From Promethearchaeia archaeon (GTDB lineage Archaea > Asgardarchaeota > Lokiarchaeia > Sigyniarchaeales > SOKP01): a stretch of 64,000 bases of DNA. Under the pieces are notes generated by a model. The model was not told the origin of the DNA and ran no database searches. It was given only the letters and a program-made list of their open reading frames with translations. Shown one piece after another: positions 9,965-19,339 of the stretch (position 1 is the first letter of the stretch; every line of letters begins with the position of its first letter). The position numbers and the translations under genes were made by a program. The stretch is taken from contig JAWOCD010000021.1 of NCBI GenBank assembly GCA_046483985.1, positions 1-64,000 of the forward strand. Reading direction: 5' to 3'.

Positions 9965-9989
9965 CCGCCTTTAGGCGTGAATAGTTCAA
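9965..9989 (+). mobile_element. IS200/IS605-like right-end remnant
   Basis: CGCCTTTAGGCG hairpin followed by AATAGTTCAA. Confidence 0.45.
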
Positions 9990-10008
9990 TCCCTAAATAT
10001 AAGAATAA

Positions 10009-10410
10009 TTAATAATTGGGTATGGGTGCTATATATTTCTCAGAGCAATAAGTTATGGTCCCAATTAATTCCTTGAAATCAAATGGTTTTTCTAGAAAGC
10101 AAGTAGCTCCCACAGAGAAGGCTAACTCCTTTATTTTATTATCGGCGCTAATAAAAATAATTTTCACCTCTTTATTATATTCTCTAATTTCTTTCGTGGT
10201 TTCGATTCCATTTTTAACTGGCATATGATAATCCACTATTATAAGGTCGGGTTGTTCCTTAATGTCTTTCAATAACTCTATGGCGGTTTGCCCGTTTAAA
10301 GCCCTACCTATTATGTGGAATCCGTGCAATGATAAAAAAGCGTTATAAATTTTCTGTAAGGTTAGATTATCATCAATAATAAATATTTTAATTTTCATTG
10401 CTAAGTTCAC
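10009..10410 (-). CDS. Single-domain response regulator (CheY-like)
   Basis: IIDD, phosphoacceptor D in DYHMP, SA and EKPF motifs. No output domain. Confidence 0.92.
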   Translation of the reverse strand: MNLAMKIKIFIIDDNLTLQKIYNAFLSLHGFHIIGRALNGQTAIELLKDIKEQPDLIIVDYHMPVKNGIETTKEIREYNKEVKIIFISADNKIKELAFSVGATCFLEKPFDFKELIGTITYCSEKYIAPIPNY

Positions 10411-10566
10411 CTGAAATCCTTCAATATATTTTTCTTCATTAATTCAATTAACTTTATGATATATAGTTATATTATTATATAATAATATTTAAATCTTTTG
10501 AATATGTTCAAAGACGGAAAGACATAATTATTGGATTATTTCTAAAAAGATTCTTATATAGTTATC

Positions 10567-10581
10567 ATGTGATTTTCACAT
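10567..10581. promoter_or_regulatory. Inverted repeat ATGTGA-N3-TCACAT in the divergent intergenic region
   Basis: Perfect 6-bp arms between the divergently transcribed receiver and kinase genes. Confidence 0.3.
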
Positions 10582-10748
10582 AGGATTTAACTTTTTAGTT
10601 TCCAATGCCAATCTTTTTATTGAAGTTCTCTTATTATTTGTAATGATAAAATATAATTTTGATAATTTAAAGTATAATTAATTAAAGATCATTTTAATCA
10701 GAAATCATCGTTTAATGCCCGATAAAAACCAGTAAAAACGGTAAGAAT

Positions 10749-12878
10749 ATGAAGAAAATAACTAACGCTAAATCAGCGGAAATTTCCTCACAGGCAAAAG
10801 GTGAGTTATCTCAAAACTATGCAAATTTGGATAGATTAAATGATCTTATTTTTGTTTTAGATAAGGATTTAAATATCCGATATATAAATACCAATGATCC
10901 CCTTGAAAAACTCAATTATGACCCTCAAGAATTAGTAGGAAAGCCAATTTCAGCGATAATTTCCCGAAATTACAAAGGAACTTTTGAACAAGCACGGACG
11001 AAGCATACTCCGATTGAATTACAGTTCAAAAAAAAGGGAGGAGGCAAGTTATGGTATGAAATTCTCTTTGGAGAACCTAACCACCAGGATGATACTTCGG
11101 AATATATCTTAAGTTGCCGGGATATTACACAACGAAAAAAAAATCAAGAAGCGATAAACTATGAAATTCAATTACAAAGTATTTTATCAGATATATCAAC
11201 TCAATTTACCGACCTTAAAAATATTGAAAAGAAAATAGGAAATACTCTTGAAAGACTTGGAACCCTAAGCGATTCAAGTAGAGTTTATATTTTCTTATAT
11301 GACTTAGAAAATGAAGTAATGAGTAATGAATTTGAATGGTGTGCTAAGGGAATCAATTCGCAAATCGACGAACTTCAAGAATTAGCTTTATCTAATTTCC
11401 CATGGTGGATCAATAAGCTGGAAAAAGATGGAATTATTAGAATTAGTAGTCTATCGGACTTACCAAATGAGGCAAAATCTACAAAGCAAACTTTAAAAGC
11501 TCAAGATATTAAATCTCTTTTAGTACTTCCCCTTCATATCAGGGGGAAAGTCTCTGGATTTATAGGGTTTGATGACGTATATGAAACTTCAAAATGGACT
11601 AATAAGGATCATATGCTATTAAAAATCTCATCCGAGATTATTAGTAATGCGATTGAAAGGAACCAAGTTCAAAAAAGAATAAGATCTTCTGAAAAAAAAT
11701 ATCGGGAAATCTTAGAAAATATAAAAGAGATCTATTTTGAGGTCGATTTAAAAGGGAACCTTAAATTTTTTAATAATGCTTTGCCCCAAATAACCGGATA
11801 TTCTAAGGATACTCTCTTAACTATGAATTTTCGAGACCTTATTGTAGATGAACATCAAGACTATGTATTTAAAAAATTTAATCAAATGTTTAGGGGAAAA
11901 AAGGGGACTTCCTCCATAGAATTTAATTTAATCGTAAACGACGGAGATGTTCTCACTTTTGAAAGCTCTACATATTTAAAGCATGATTCTCAAGGAAAAA
12001 TTATTGGTTTCTATGGATTTGGAAGAGACATTACAGAGAAAAAGAAATATTTAGAAATGCAACAAGAGTTCAACAGAAAATTAGAAAAAGAAGTAGAAAA
12101 ACGGACGGAAGAACTAAATGAAGCACTCGAACAACAGAAACTTTATATGGATGAAATTCTCAAATCTTCAAAATTTAAGTCAGAATTTTTAGCAACAATG
12201 TCTCATGAATTGCGAACACCCTTAAATGCGATCATCGGATTCACAGATCTATTATTGCAAGGAGTCTATGGAGCACTTAATGAAGAGCAAGAAGAATTTG
12301 TGGAAGATATCAAATCTTCGGCCGAACATCAATTTGATATGATAAAACAAATTCTAAATATTTCTAAAATCGAATCGGGACAATTAACGCTAAATTTAAA
12401 GAAATTTTCTCTCACTTCTGTGGTCAATCAACTTAAATCAAGCTTACGCCCCCTCTATAAGAAAAAAGGTCTTTCATTTATCGTAAAAGGACTAGGGGAA
12501 GATAAACAAATTGTGGCAGATCCAATACGTTTCAAGGAGATATTACTAAATTTACTCAGTAATGCAATAAAATTTACTATGGAAGGAAAGATAACCTTAA
12601 TTATTAAAGAAGGATATAATAGTTGGAAATTTAAGGTAAAAGATACTGGTATTGGGATTGCAAAAGAAGATTTTGATAAAATATTTAAAGAATTTGGGAG
12701 GGTTGATTCGGCATATGTTCGTTCCACATCTGGGACTGGATTAGGGTTATCTCTCACAAAACGTTTGGTGCATTTACATGAGGGAGAGATAAGTTTTAAT
12801 AGTTTATTAGGTATGGGATCCGTCTTTAAATTTACAATATCTAAGGAATTGGAACAAGAATTAGAAAATAATAATTAA
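10749..12878 (+). CDS. Soluble histidine kinase PAS-GAF-PAS-HisKA-HATPase
   Basis: H-box SHELRTPLN, N-box NLLSNAIKF, DTGIGI and GTGLGL. GAF segment (EWCA.GI...GFIGFD). PAS/PAC RDIT motifs. No TM segment. Confidence 0.95.
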   Translation: MKKITNAKSAEISSQAKGELSQNYANLDRLNDLIFVLDKDLNIRYINTNDPLEKLNYDPQELVGKPISAIISRNYKGTFEQARTKHTPIELQFKKKGGGKLWYEILFGEPNHQDDTSEYILSCRDITQRKKNQEAINYEIQLQSILSDISTQFTDLKNIEKKIGNTLERLGTLSDSSRVYIFLYDLENEVMSNEFEWCAKGINSQIDELQELALSNFPWWINKLEKDGIIRISSLSDLPNEAKSTKQTLKAQDIKSLLVLPLHIRGKVSGFIGFDDVYETSKWTNKDHMLLKISSEIISNAIERNQVQKRIRSSEKKYREILENIKEIYFEVDLKGNLKFFNNALPQITGYSKDTLLTMNFRDLIVDEHQDYVFKKFNQMFRGKKGTSSIEFNLIVNDGDVLTFESSTYLKHDSQGKIIGFYGFGRDITEKKKYLEMQQEFNRKLEKEVEKRTEELNEALEQQKLYMDEILKSSKFKSEFLATMSHELRTPLNAIIGFTDLLLQGVYGALNEEQEEFVEDIKSSAEHQFDMIKQILNISKIESGQLTLNLKKFSLTSVVNQLKSSLRPLYKKKGLSFIVKGLGEDKQIVADPIRFKEILLNLLSNAIKFTMEGKITLIIKEGYNSWKFKVKDTGIGIAKEDFDKIFKEFGRVDSAYVRSTSGTGLGLSLTKRLVHLHEGEISFNSLLGMGSVFKFTISKELEQELENNN

Positions 12879-12899
12879 TCAAAAGATAAGGAGTAGAAT

Positions 12900-13538
12900 A
12901 TGGAAGTATATGAAATCATTAAAAGTGAAATAGAAAAATACCCCTTTATTACGATAATAGGAAAATATGACCAAGTATTAGGTCCGAGAGCATTATACTC
13001 TTCGGTAGAATTCGAAGATAAGCAATTTGTTCGAAATCTTTTGCGGGATGCATTGAATACGAAAAACGAATATGTAATTTTGGACTTTGAGAAATTCTAT
13101 TCCCAAATCAGTAAAATTGAGGTCAAGGATCCAAATGCTCGTGGAGGAAAACAGCTTTATGCAATAATTCTTTTAAGACATGGAAATATGCCTCTTCTTC
13201 CAATTTTGCATTTCAAAAGAATTGAAATGATGTTTCATAAAATTGGGGAGGATAAGATTCTTGCAGATAATGCGGAGGCATTTAAGAAATTTGTTCAAGA
13301 GGTAAATGAAATTTATTTAAATAAAAACGAAATTTTACCTCTTGAATCATTAAATCTCCAAATTCGTAGTGGAGTAAATACAATTCAAGGATTTTGCCAA
13401 TTAATATTGCAAGAGAAGAAAAAGAAAGGAGAAATTTCGGAAGAAAATGTCCTGAAGTATGTAAAAATGATGTTAGATTCCTGTGATGAGATAATCAATG
13501 GATTAAAAAACCACTTGAACGGATCTCCAAATAAATAA
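12900..13538 (+). CDS. uDENN/longin-like domain fused to a His-less HisKA(DHp)-like helical hairpin
   Basis: N-terminal IIGKYDQVLGPRALYS and ARGGKQLYAIILL resemble Asgard uDENN/longin. C-terminal NLQIRSGVNTIQGFCQLIL aligns with SHELRTPLNAIIGFTDLLL of the upstream kinase. Confidence 0.6.
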   Translation: MEVYEIIKSEIEKYPFITIIGKYDQVLGPRALYSSVEFEDKQFVRNLLRDALNTKNEYVILDFEKFYSQISKIEVKDPNARGGKQLYAIILLRHGNMPLLPILHFKRIEMMFHKIGEDKILADNAEAFKKFVQEVNEIYLNKNEILPLESLNLQIRSGVNTIQGFCQLILQEKKKKGEISEENVLKYVKMMLDSCDEIINGLKNHLNGSPNK

Positions 13539-13584
13539 AGAAACAATTATTTGATTGTCTATATATTTTTAGGAGAACTAAGAA

Positions 13585-14454
13585 ATGGCTAATAAGAAAT
13601 TAATATTAACTGGCCCCCCCAATACGGGAAAGACAACTATTAAGCGTATTTTTTTTGAGGGTGCAAACCCCCTCAAATTATTAAAGCATTCTCTTAGGCC
13701 AACACGCGGAATAAATTCAAGTGTTTATTCCTTATTTAACGAAAAATTGGGAGTATTTGATCTTGCCGGTCAAGAAAATGAGAATTGGTTTGATAAAGAT
13801 AAGGAGGTATTCCAACATGCAAGCGTTGTTCTCTGTATCTTTGAAATTAAGAATTCCCTAAAACTTATCGTTGATTTTATTTTAAGATTAATTAAAATCA
13901 AAGAGCAACTTAATCTTGAGAACTCGGAAATAATAATCTTTTTACACAAAATTGATTTAGTCCAATCTTCTTATTGCTACGAGAAAATAAAAGCATTAAA
14001 ATCATTTTTTAAGCTAAAATATCCCGACTTGTTAAAAATTCAAATATTTAAGACATCTGTAGTAGAAGAACACTTCTTTGACACATATTACATTATCTTG
14101 GATGTCCTAAATCTCATATTTAAGAAGAATTTAATTGAAATTAGCCACGAGGAATTTGAGGGTTTAAAGAATGAATTATCCATTTTACTGAAATCCGATG
14201 TGCAAGTCAAATACAGTAAGCACGATTTAGCAAATAAATTCAATATGACCTTTCCACAAATTGAAGATCATCTAAAACGCCTTAAGGATTTGGGATTCAT
14301 AAAATTTTTTGAAAATGATCCTCTGTATTTTCAATTATCAAAACGAGCTCTCTACTTTAAACGGGGAATTTTTAAAGAACAGAGAAAAGTAGACCCAACT
14401 CGGAAGAATAAAGGACTCGAACTTATCTACACTTTTAGTAAATTACAAAATTAA
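13585..14454 (+). CDS. Rag/Gtr-like small GTPase with C-terminal winged helix
   Basis: G1 GPPNTGKT, G2 PTRG, G3 DLAGQ, G4 HKID, G5 TSV. C-terminal DLANKFNM..PQIEDHLKRLKDLGFI...FQLSKR is wHTH-like. Confidence 0.85.
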   Translation: MANKKLILTGPPNTGKTTIKRIFFEGANPLKLLKHSLRPTRGINSSVYSLFNEKLGVFDLAGQENENWFDKDKEVFQHASVVLCIFEIKNSLKLIVDFILRLIKIKEQLNLENSEIIIFLHKIDLVQSSYCYEKIKALKSFFKLKYPDLLKIQIFKTSVVEEHFFDTYYIILDVLNLIFKKNLIEISHEEFEGLKNELSILLKSDVQVKYSKHDLANKFNMTFPQIEDHLKRLKDLGFIKFFENDPLYFQLSKRALYFKRGIFKEQRKVDPTRKNKGLELIYTFSKLQN

Positions 14455-14566
14455 TTATTTATCGTCTTTTTCTAAAGTGATTTTTAATCAATCTATCCAG
14501 ATATCACGTTCTTTTTGGGAATTTTAAGTTATAAAACTTTTCTTGAATTTGAGTTTCTCTATTTAC

Positions 14567-14790
14567 CGTTGGAGTGCGAGAAAGAACCGTCCTTTAGGGC
14601 GGTGATGAATCGCATATATATTTATAAAGGAGCGCTACTAAAATGTAATTAATGGACGATAACCAAGTTCATCTCCCAACCGTAGGCACTACGTGGTTGC
14701 CGTTTGGAGATAATGTAAGACCGATGTTATCTGTGTCAGCGATTCTCGATGAATTACGAATCCATCGCCCGTTAAGGCGTGGTAGTTCAA
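14567..14790 (+). mobile_element. Non-autonomous IS200/IS605-derived element retaining a TnpB omegaRNA-like right end
   Basis: Preceded by TTTAC and ends in TTCAA. Subterminal hairpins ACCGTCC-TTTA-GGGCGGT and CGCC..AGGCG. The internal ACCGTAGG..CTACG...TTTGGAGA...GTAAGACC...TCGATGAA..GAATCC is typical of tnpB 3' ends. Confidence 0.8.
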
Positions 14791-14903
14791 GAGGGATTTA
14801 CAGAACTATTCAAAAGCAAAATCTTAAATATCAATAATATAACTTATTTTAGTATAGCAACCAGAAAATAATGTAGGAGAAAAAAACTCTTTAGGGTTTT
14901 ATT

Positions 14904-16211
14904 ATGGTAAAAGGATTAGTTCACTTAGGATGGGACAATAAAATTGGAGCTGTTATAGAATTTCAACATCCAAAAACATTAGAGATCAGTGAAGATATGA
15001 CCAATAGGATTTACATGGCACATACGGCTCAAGATTCCAAGAGCGAGGAAGATTATTTAACCGAGTTGGATGTAAACGATAAGGTTATTTTGAGTTATTG
15101 TGATAAATCTAGAGTTTCCGAAGTTGGGTATGAAATCCTTTTTATCATATTGGATGAACGGGAAAAAGTTAATTTATTTGGGTTAAAGAATAAAATTTTG
15201 CAATTTTCTCAAGAATTGTTTGCTTTACCGGAATCTGAAAGAAAAGGATATATCGAAGATAATCTGGACACTTTTTTCCCGAAAAAACAGGAACGAAAAA
15301 TTCTTTTTTTGGGAAGAGCAGGGATCGGGAAAACAAGTATTAAAAAACTCATTTTTGAAGGAAAAAACCCAAAAGAATTAATATATAATCCTTTGTCCCC
15401 TACACGTGGTCTCTCTCCATCAGTTCATTCTTGGTTAGATTTGGATTTAGGGGTATTTGATTCCTCTGGACAAGAATTTGATAATCTTCTCGAGAGTACA
15501 ACGGATAAGAGATTTGCTTTTCAAAATGCAAGCGCAGTTATCTATATTCTTGATTATCCCAGCTGGATTGGTCAAAAGAATCAGCTCTTAGAAGATATTG
15601 AAAGAATATCTCAAATAATGGAAAATAATGAATACGATTCTAAATTAATCATCTTTTTTCATAAAATTGATCTTATTAATAATTATAAGAAATTTAGGAA
15701 TCAAAAAATTACAGAAATTACTGATAAGATACAAAATATTGCAAATGTTCCTATATATTTCACAAGTATTTACCCTAAATATCTTTATAGCCTTTATAAT
15801 GCATTCTGCGAGATACTGGGTATGATTTCTAAGCAACACGAGTATTTAAAAAACTTACTTGATGAAAAGATTAAGGATTATTCCAAAACAATGGCTTTTA
15901 TTACAAATCCCGATCATAGCATAGTTGCTCAATCAATCTCCAAAGATTTTGATGTAAGTTTAGTAAACCATATACAGAAATTAACAGCCCAGCTTAATCA
16001 AAGTTTTGCTGATATGGTTAAACAAGATAATATTAATTATTTGCTCATGTCAAGTTATAAAAATTTGACAGTTATTATGAAACACCTTAATTTGCCGGAA
16101 TATAATATTGCAAAAATTATTTGTGTTTCAAAGACATTAAAAAATAAAAAATTAGTTCAACTGGCTCATCAATTCGGAATAAATTTAGGGAAATTAGAAA
16201 TAGAATATTAG
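14904..16211 (+). CDS. uDENN/longin-like - Rag-like GTPase - roadblock-like fusion
   Basis: N-terminal WDNKIGAVIEFQHP..IYMAH. G1 GRAGIGKT, G2 PTRG, G3 DSSGQ, G4 HKID, G5 TSI. C-terminal MAFIT.PDHSIVAQS is roadblock-like. Confidence 0.8.
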   Translation: MVKGLVHLGWDNKIGAVIEFQHPKTLEISEDMTNRIYMAHTAQDSKSEEDYLTELDVNDKVILSYCDKSRVSEVGYEILFIILDEREKVNLFGLKNKILQFSQELFALPESERKGYIEDNLDTFFPKKQERKILFLGRAGIGKTSIKKLIFEGKNPKELIYNPLSPTRGLSPSVHSWLDLDLGVFDSSGQEFDNLLESTTDKRFAFQNASAVIYILDYPSWIGQKNQLLEDIERISQIMENNEYDSKLIIFFHKIDLINNYKKFRNQKITEITDKIQNIANVPIYFTSIYPKYLYSLYNAFCEILGMISKQHEYLKNLLDEKIKDYSKTMAFITNPDHSIVAQSISKDFDVSLVNHIQKLTAQLNQSFADMVKQDNINYLLMSSYKNLTVIMKHLNLPEYNIAKIICVSKTLKNKKLVQLAHQFGINLGKLEIEY

Positions 16212-16256
16212 TTATTTAATATTAAAAAGAATTACATTTTACTTTTCAGAAAAACT

Positions 16257-17747
16257 ATGTCAGAATCTGCAGAAAAAATCATTAAATTCTTTTGTGAAAG
16301 ATTTTTAGATATTGATTATTATCCCAGTAAAATTAAGAAAGTTCGAAATCTCTCTATTGAGAAGCTTAAAGGACTTAATAAAAAAGACATTAAAAGATTA
16401 GAAGAGATAGGAATTAAAAAAATAAATGACTTTCGTAATATTCAAAGATCCGACTTTGAAGATATTACATCGAAAACTAAAATTAAAAAATCGGTATTAC
16501 AGAATGGACTAATTGCTGCGACGTTGATCGCAAACGCGTGGCAAAAAAGAAAACTTTATACAAAAAAGATGAAGAAAAAGATCACAGTTGCGGGCTTGGA
16601 TTATGCAGGAAAGACTTCAATCATAAATCGATTATTTAAAAATCAGCAATTTGAAGATGTTATAGATACGGAACCGACCAGGGGCGCGAAAATCGAAGAA
16701 TATGAATCAAACCGTCTAAATTTGGTTATATGGGATCTTGGAGGGCAAAAAAACCATATTGATGAGTATCTTTCAGAACCAGAAAAGTTTTTTCTTCAAA
16801 TAAATGTACTTATATATGTTGTAGATGTCCAAGATGACACCAGGTATGATGAATCTGTGCAATATTTAAGAGATATCATAGATATCATTGATTTCTTAAA
16901 TGAATATCCTTATGTTATTGTATTGCTGCATAAGGCGGATACTGACGTAATGAATGACCCAGATTATCAGATAAGAATCGAATATTTAACTGAAAAGATT
17001 TCGGAAGTTTTTGAAGTCAGAAAGAATCCATTACAGTATGAAATGATCCCCACAAGTATATATAATATGTATGCAAACGAGCCAGAAATAGCCAGAGACA
17101 TTAAATTTATATTTTCAAATAAGAATAAACAAGCAGAAATAGAAAAACCGAAAATCAGCGAAGAAATTAAAGAAGAGATCAAAAAGATCCCGAATATCGA
17201 AAAAAAGCTTCAGAGTATTCCAGTTATGGAAAAGAAGATTCAAAAGATTCTGGAAATCAACTTACAATCCATGAATAAAGTAAAATCTGAATTAAATGAA
17301 ATTAAACGAATAATGGGACAATTGGTCCCCTCTTCTGTGTCTCAGTCTCTATTTTCGATACCTTTTAAAAAAGTATCTTCCAGATTTTTAGCAGAACAAC
17401 AAAAAGAAGAGGAAGAGAAGAGAGAGAAAGAATTAAAAAAGAAAAGAAAAAAAGGAGAGGGCCCCCCGCAGAGATTGGATTCTCATCCAAAGGTTAAGAA
17501 AAAGCGAAAGGATGAAGAGCCAAAAGAATCAGAACAAGAAGAATTAGGGCAAGATGAAACTGGATCATTAATCCCTCCATCAACATCTGATTTAGAGCAT
17601 TTGAAACCTCCACCTAATCCTCCTAAATCAAAATCTCCGTCGACGCAAATGAAAAATCCCGCAGCAGTTAGAGGGGATATTTTATCAGAACTAAAAGAGA
17701 TGTTCGTAAAGAAAGGATTAGCCAAACGTAAAAAACGTAAAAATTAA
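16257..17747 (+). CDS. HhH-like - Arf-like GTPase - coiled coil - Pro-rich tail protein
   Basis: HhH-like IEKLKGLNKKDIKRLEEIGI. G1 GLDYAGKT, G2 PTRG, G3 WDLGGQ, YVVD, G4 HKAD, G5 TSI. PPPNPP tail. Confidence 0.85.
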   Translation: MSESAEKIIKFFCERFLDIDYYPSKIKKVRNLSIEKLKGLNKKDIKRLEEIGIKKINDFRNIQRSDFEDITSKTKIKKSVLQNGLIAATLIANAWQKRKLYTKKMKKKITVAGLDYAGKTSIINRLFKNQQFEDVIDTEPTRGAKIEEYESNRLNLVIWDLGGQKNHIDEYLSEPEKFFLQINVLIYVVDVQDDTRYDESVQYLRDIIDIIDFLNEYPYVIVLLHKADTDVMNDPDYQIRIEYLTEKISEVFEVRKNPLQYEMIPTSIYNMYANEPEIARDIKFIFSNKNKQAEIEKPKISEEIKEEIKKIPNIEKKLQSIPVMEKKIQKILEINLQSMNKVKSELNEIKRIMGQLVPSSVSQSLFSIPFKKVSSRFLAEQQKEEEEKREKELKKKRKKGEGPPQRLDSHPKVKKKRKDEEPKESEQEELGQDETGSLIPPSTSDLEHLKPPPNPPKSKSPSTQMKNPAAVRGDILSELKEMFVKKGLAKRKKRKN

Positions 17748-17780
17748 AAAATTGAAAAATTGTAGGTTTTTGAAAGATTT

Positions 17781-19316
17781 TTATAAAACTATACGATTTC
17801 GCATCTCTTGTGCCTTGTCCATAATTTTGGAAATTTCATTCAAGTCGCTTTCCAAAATCGCTTTCATCAGATTTATTTTCAATTGCTTTACTTTTTTCAA
17901 TTCTACTTGTAATTTCTGGTTAATTTCTTCATAGAGTTGATCTATGCTATTATACAATTCTTTTGAATAATCTTCATCGTAGATTTTAAGATCAATCATA
18001 CTATCATTGTAACTTTTATTTAATTCCCTTAACCATTTGTTCCCCGGTTCTTTTAAATTAACCATACCATCTAAGGACCCTTGAATTGCAATTTTTCTGA
18101 ATTCTTTTGAATATTTTTCAAATAATTCGTTAAAATAGTCGATGATTCGATACTTAAAGTATGAGAAGTTTGTTTTGGGATTCATAAAGATACAGATCAA
18201 AAATTTACCATGATTGAATACATTCATTTTTAAATTTGACCCCTTGAGATCCAAAGATGTTAAATCTTGGATATTCACTTCTCTTGCAAATTTTTGGATG
18301 GCAGAAATAAACATAGGAATTAACGAAATATCAAACTTAACCTCTTGGTTAACTTCTCCTTTACGAGGAATTTGAGAGATATATTTTGCTAGTGCTCCCT
18401 CTTCTATCTCTAATTTTAGACATATACGACCGTTATCGTCAGATACAATGCAGCCAATAAAGGGAGGGATATTTTTCACATCTTTCTTCTTTAAACGAGT
18501 GCTACTTGAATACCCTATAAAATCTTCAATCGAGAAACCTTCCATTATTTGATTATAATTGTCTTTTCCTTTATCTGTGAGACTATAGACTTTTCCCTTA
18601 TTTACCTCCATAATTTTTACTTGATCTCTCTTAAGAAGCATTTGTATGATTTTTTCTATGAGATCCTCGGGTCTATTTAATTGGAGTATTAATTCTTTTT
18701 TAGAAAGCACCAAGTTCTTGCTTAGCAGATTTAATACTTTAAAAGTTTCTTGGAGCAAATTGATGTTTAATCTCTCGTAAGGGATTGAATCAAATTGGCA
18801 AATCTTTAGTATTTCTAAAAAGAAAGACAAAGTATCTTGAAAATATTCTTGTTTAATACTTGTAAATACTACCCTTATTCCGTATTTATTTTCCAATTTC
18901 GGAGTGAATTGTTCTTTTAAGTCCATGATTCTCTGACGATCTACCAGATCGATTTTATGGAGAAGAAGATAAACCATTGCACTTGGCGATAGCTCATTTC
19001 GAAGTTGGATAATCTGTTCTAAAAAATTCTTAATAGTCTTCTTCTCAGTTGTTACCTCAATAACAATTAAAATTAATTTAGCATCGTAAAAGATCTTTTT
19101 ATCTTCAGTTTCAAACCACCGTTGGTTTTCTTGACCTGATAAGTCAAACACACCGATTGAGTCTTGCATTTCCAGTATTATTGATTCTATCCCATAAGTA
19201 GGTTCTAATCCATATTCTAAGAGACTCCTGGGATTCTCTCCTTCAAAAAAGACTTTTCGCAGAGTAGATTTTCCAGCTTTTGGGGGCCCTACAAAAATAA
19301 TTTTTTTTGAACTCAT
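17781..19316 (-). CDS. Rag-like GTPase - winged helix - longin/roadblock-like fusion
   Basis: GPPKAGKS, PTYG, DLSGQ, HKID, TSI. Wing motif YSLTDKGK. GCIVSDDNGR...LIPMFISAIQKF is longin-like. Confidence 0.85.
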   Translation of the reverse strand: MSSKKIIFVGPPKAGKSTLRKVFFEGENPRSLLEYGLEPTYGIESIILEMQDSIGVFDLSGQENQRWFETEDKKIFYDAKLILIVIEVTTEKKTIKNFLEQIIQLRNELSPSAMVYLLLHKIDLVDRQRIMDLKEQFTPKLENKYGIRVVFTSIKQEYFQDTLSFFLEILKICQFDSIPYERLNINLLQETFKVLNLLSKNLVLSKKELILQLNRPEDLIEKIIQMLLKRDQVKIMEVNKGKVYSLTDKGKDNYNQIMEGFSIEDFIGYSSSTRLKKKDVKNIPPFIGCIVSDDNGRICLKLEIEEGALAKYISQIPRKGEVNQEVKFDISLIPMFISAIQKFAREVNIQDLTSLDLKGSNLKMNVFNHGKFLICIFMNPKTNFSYFKYRIIDYFNELFEKYSKEFRKIAIQGSLDGMVNLKEPGNKWLRELNKSYNDSMIDLKIYDEDYSKELYNSIDQLYEEINQKLQVELKKVKQLKINLMKAILESDLNEISKIMDKAQEMRNRIVL

Positions 19317-19339
19317 TTCCTTGTAATTCTGTATTTTTC

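Noticed and set aside
14652-14837. 61-aa ORF
   Set aside because: It lies within the mini element's omegaRNA-like region and has no protein features.
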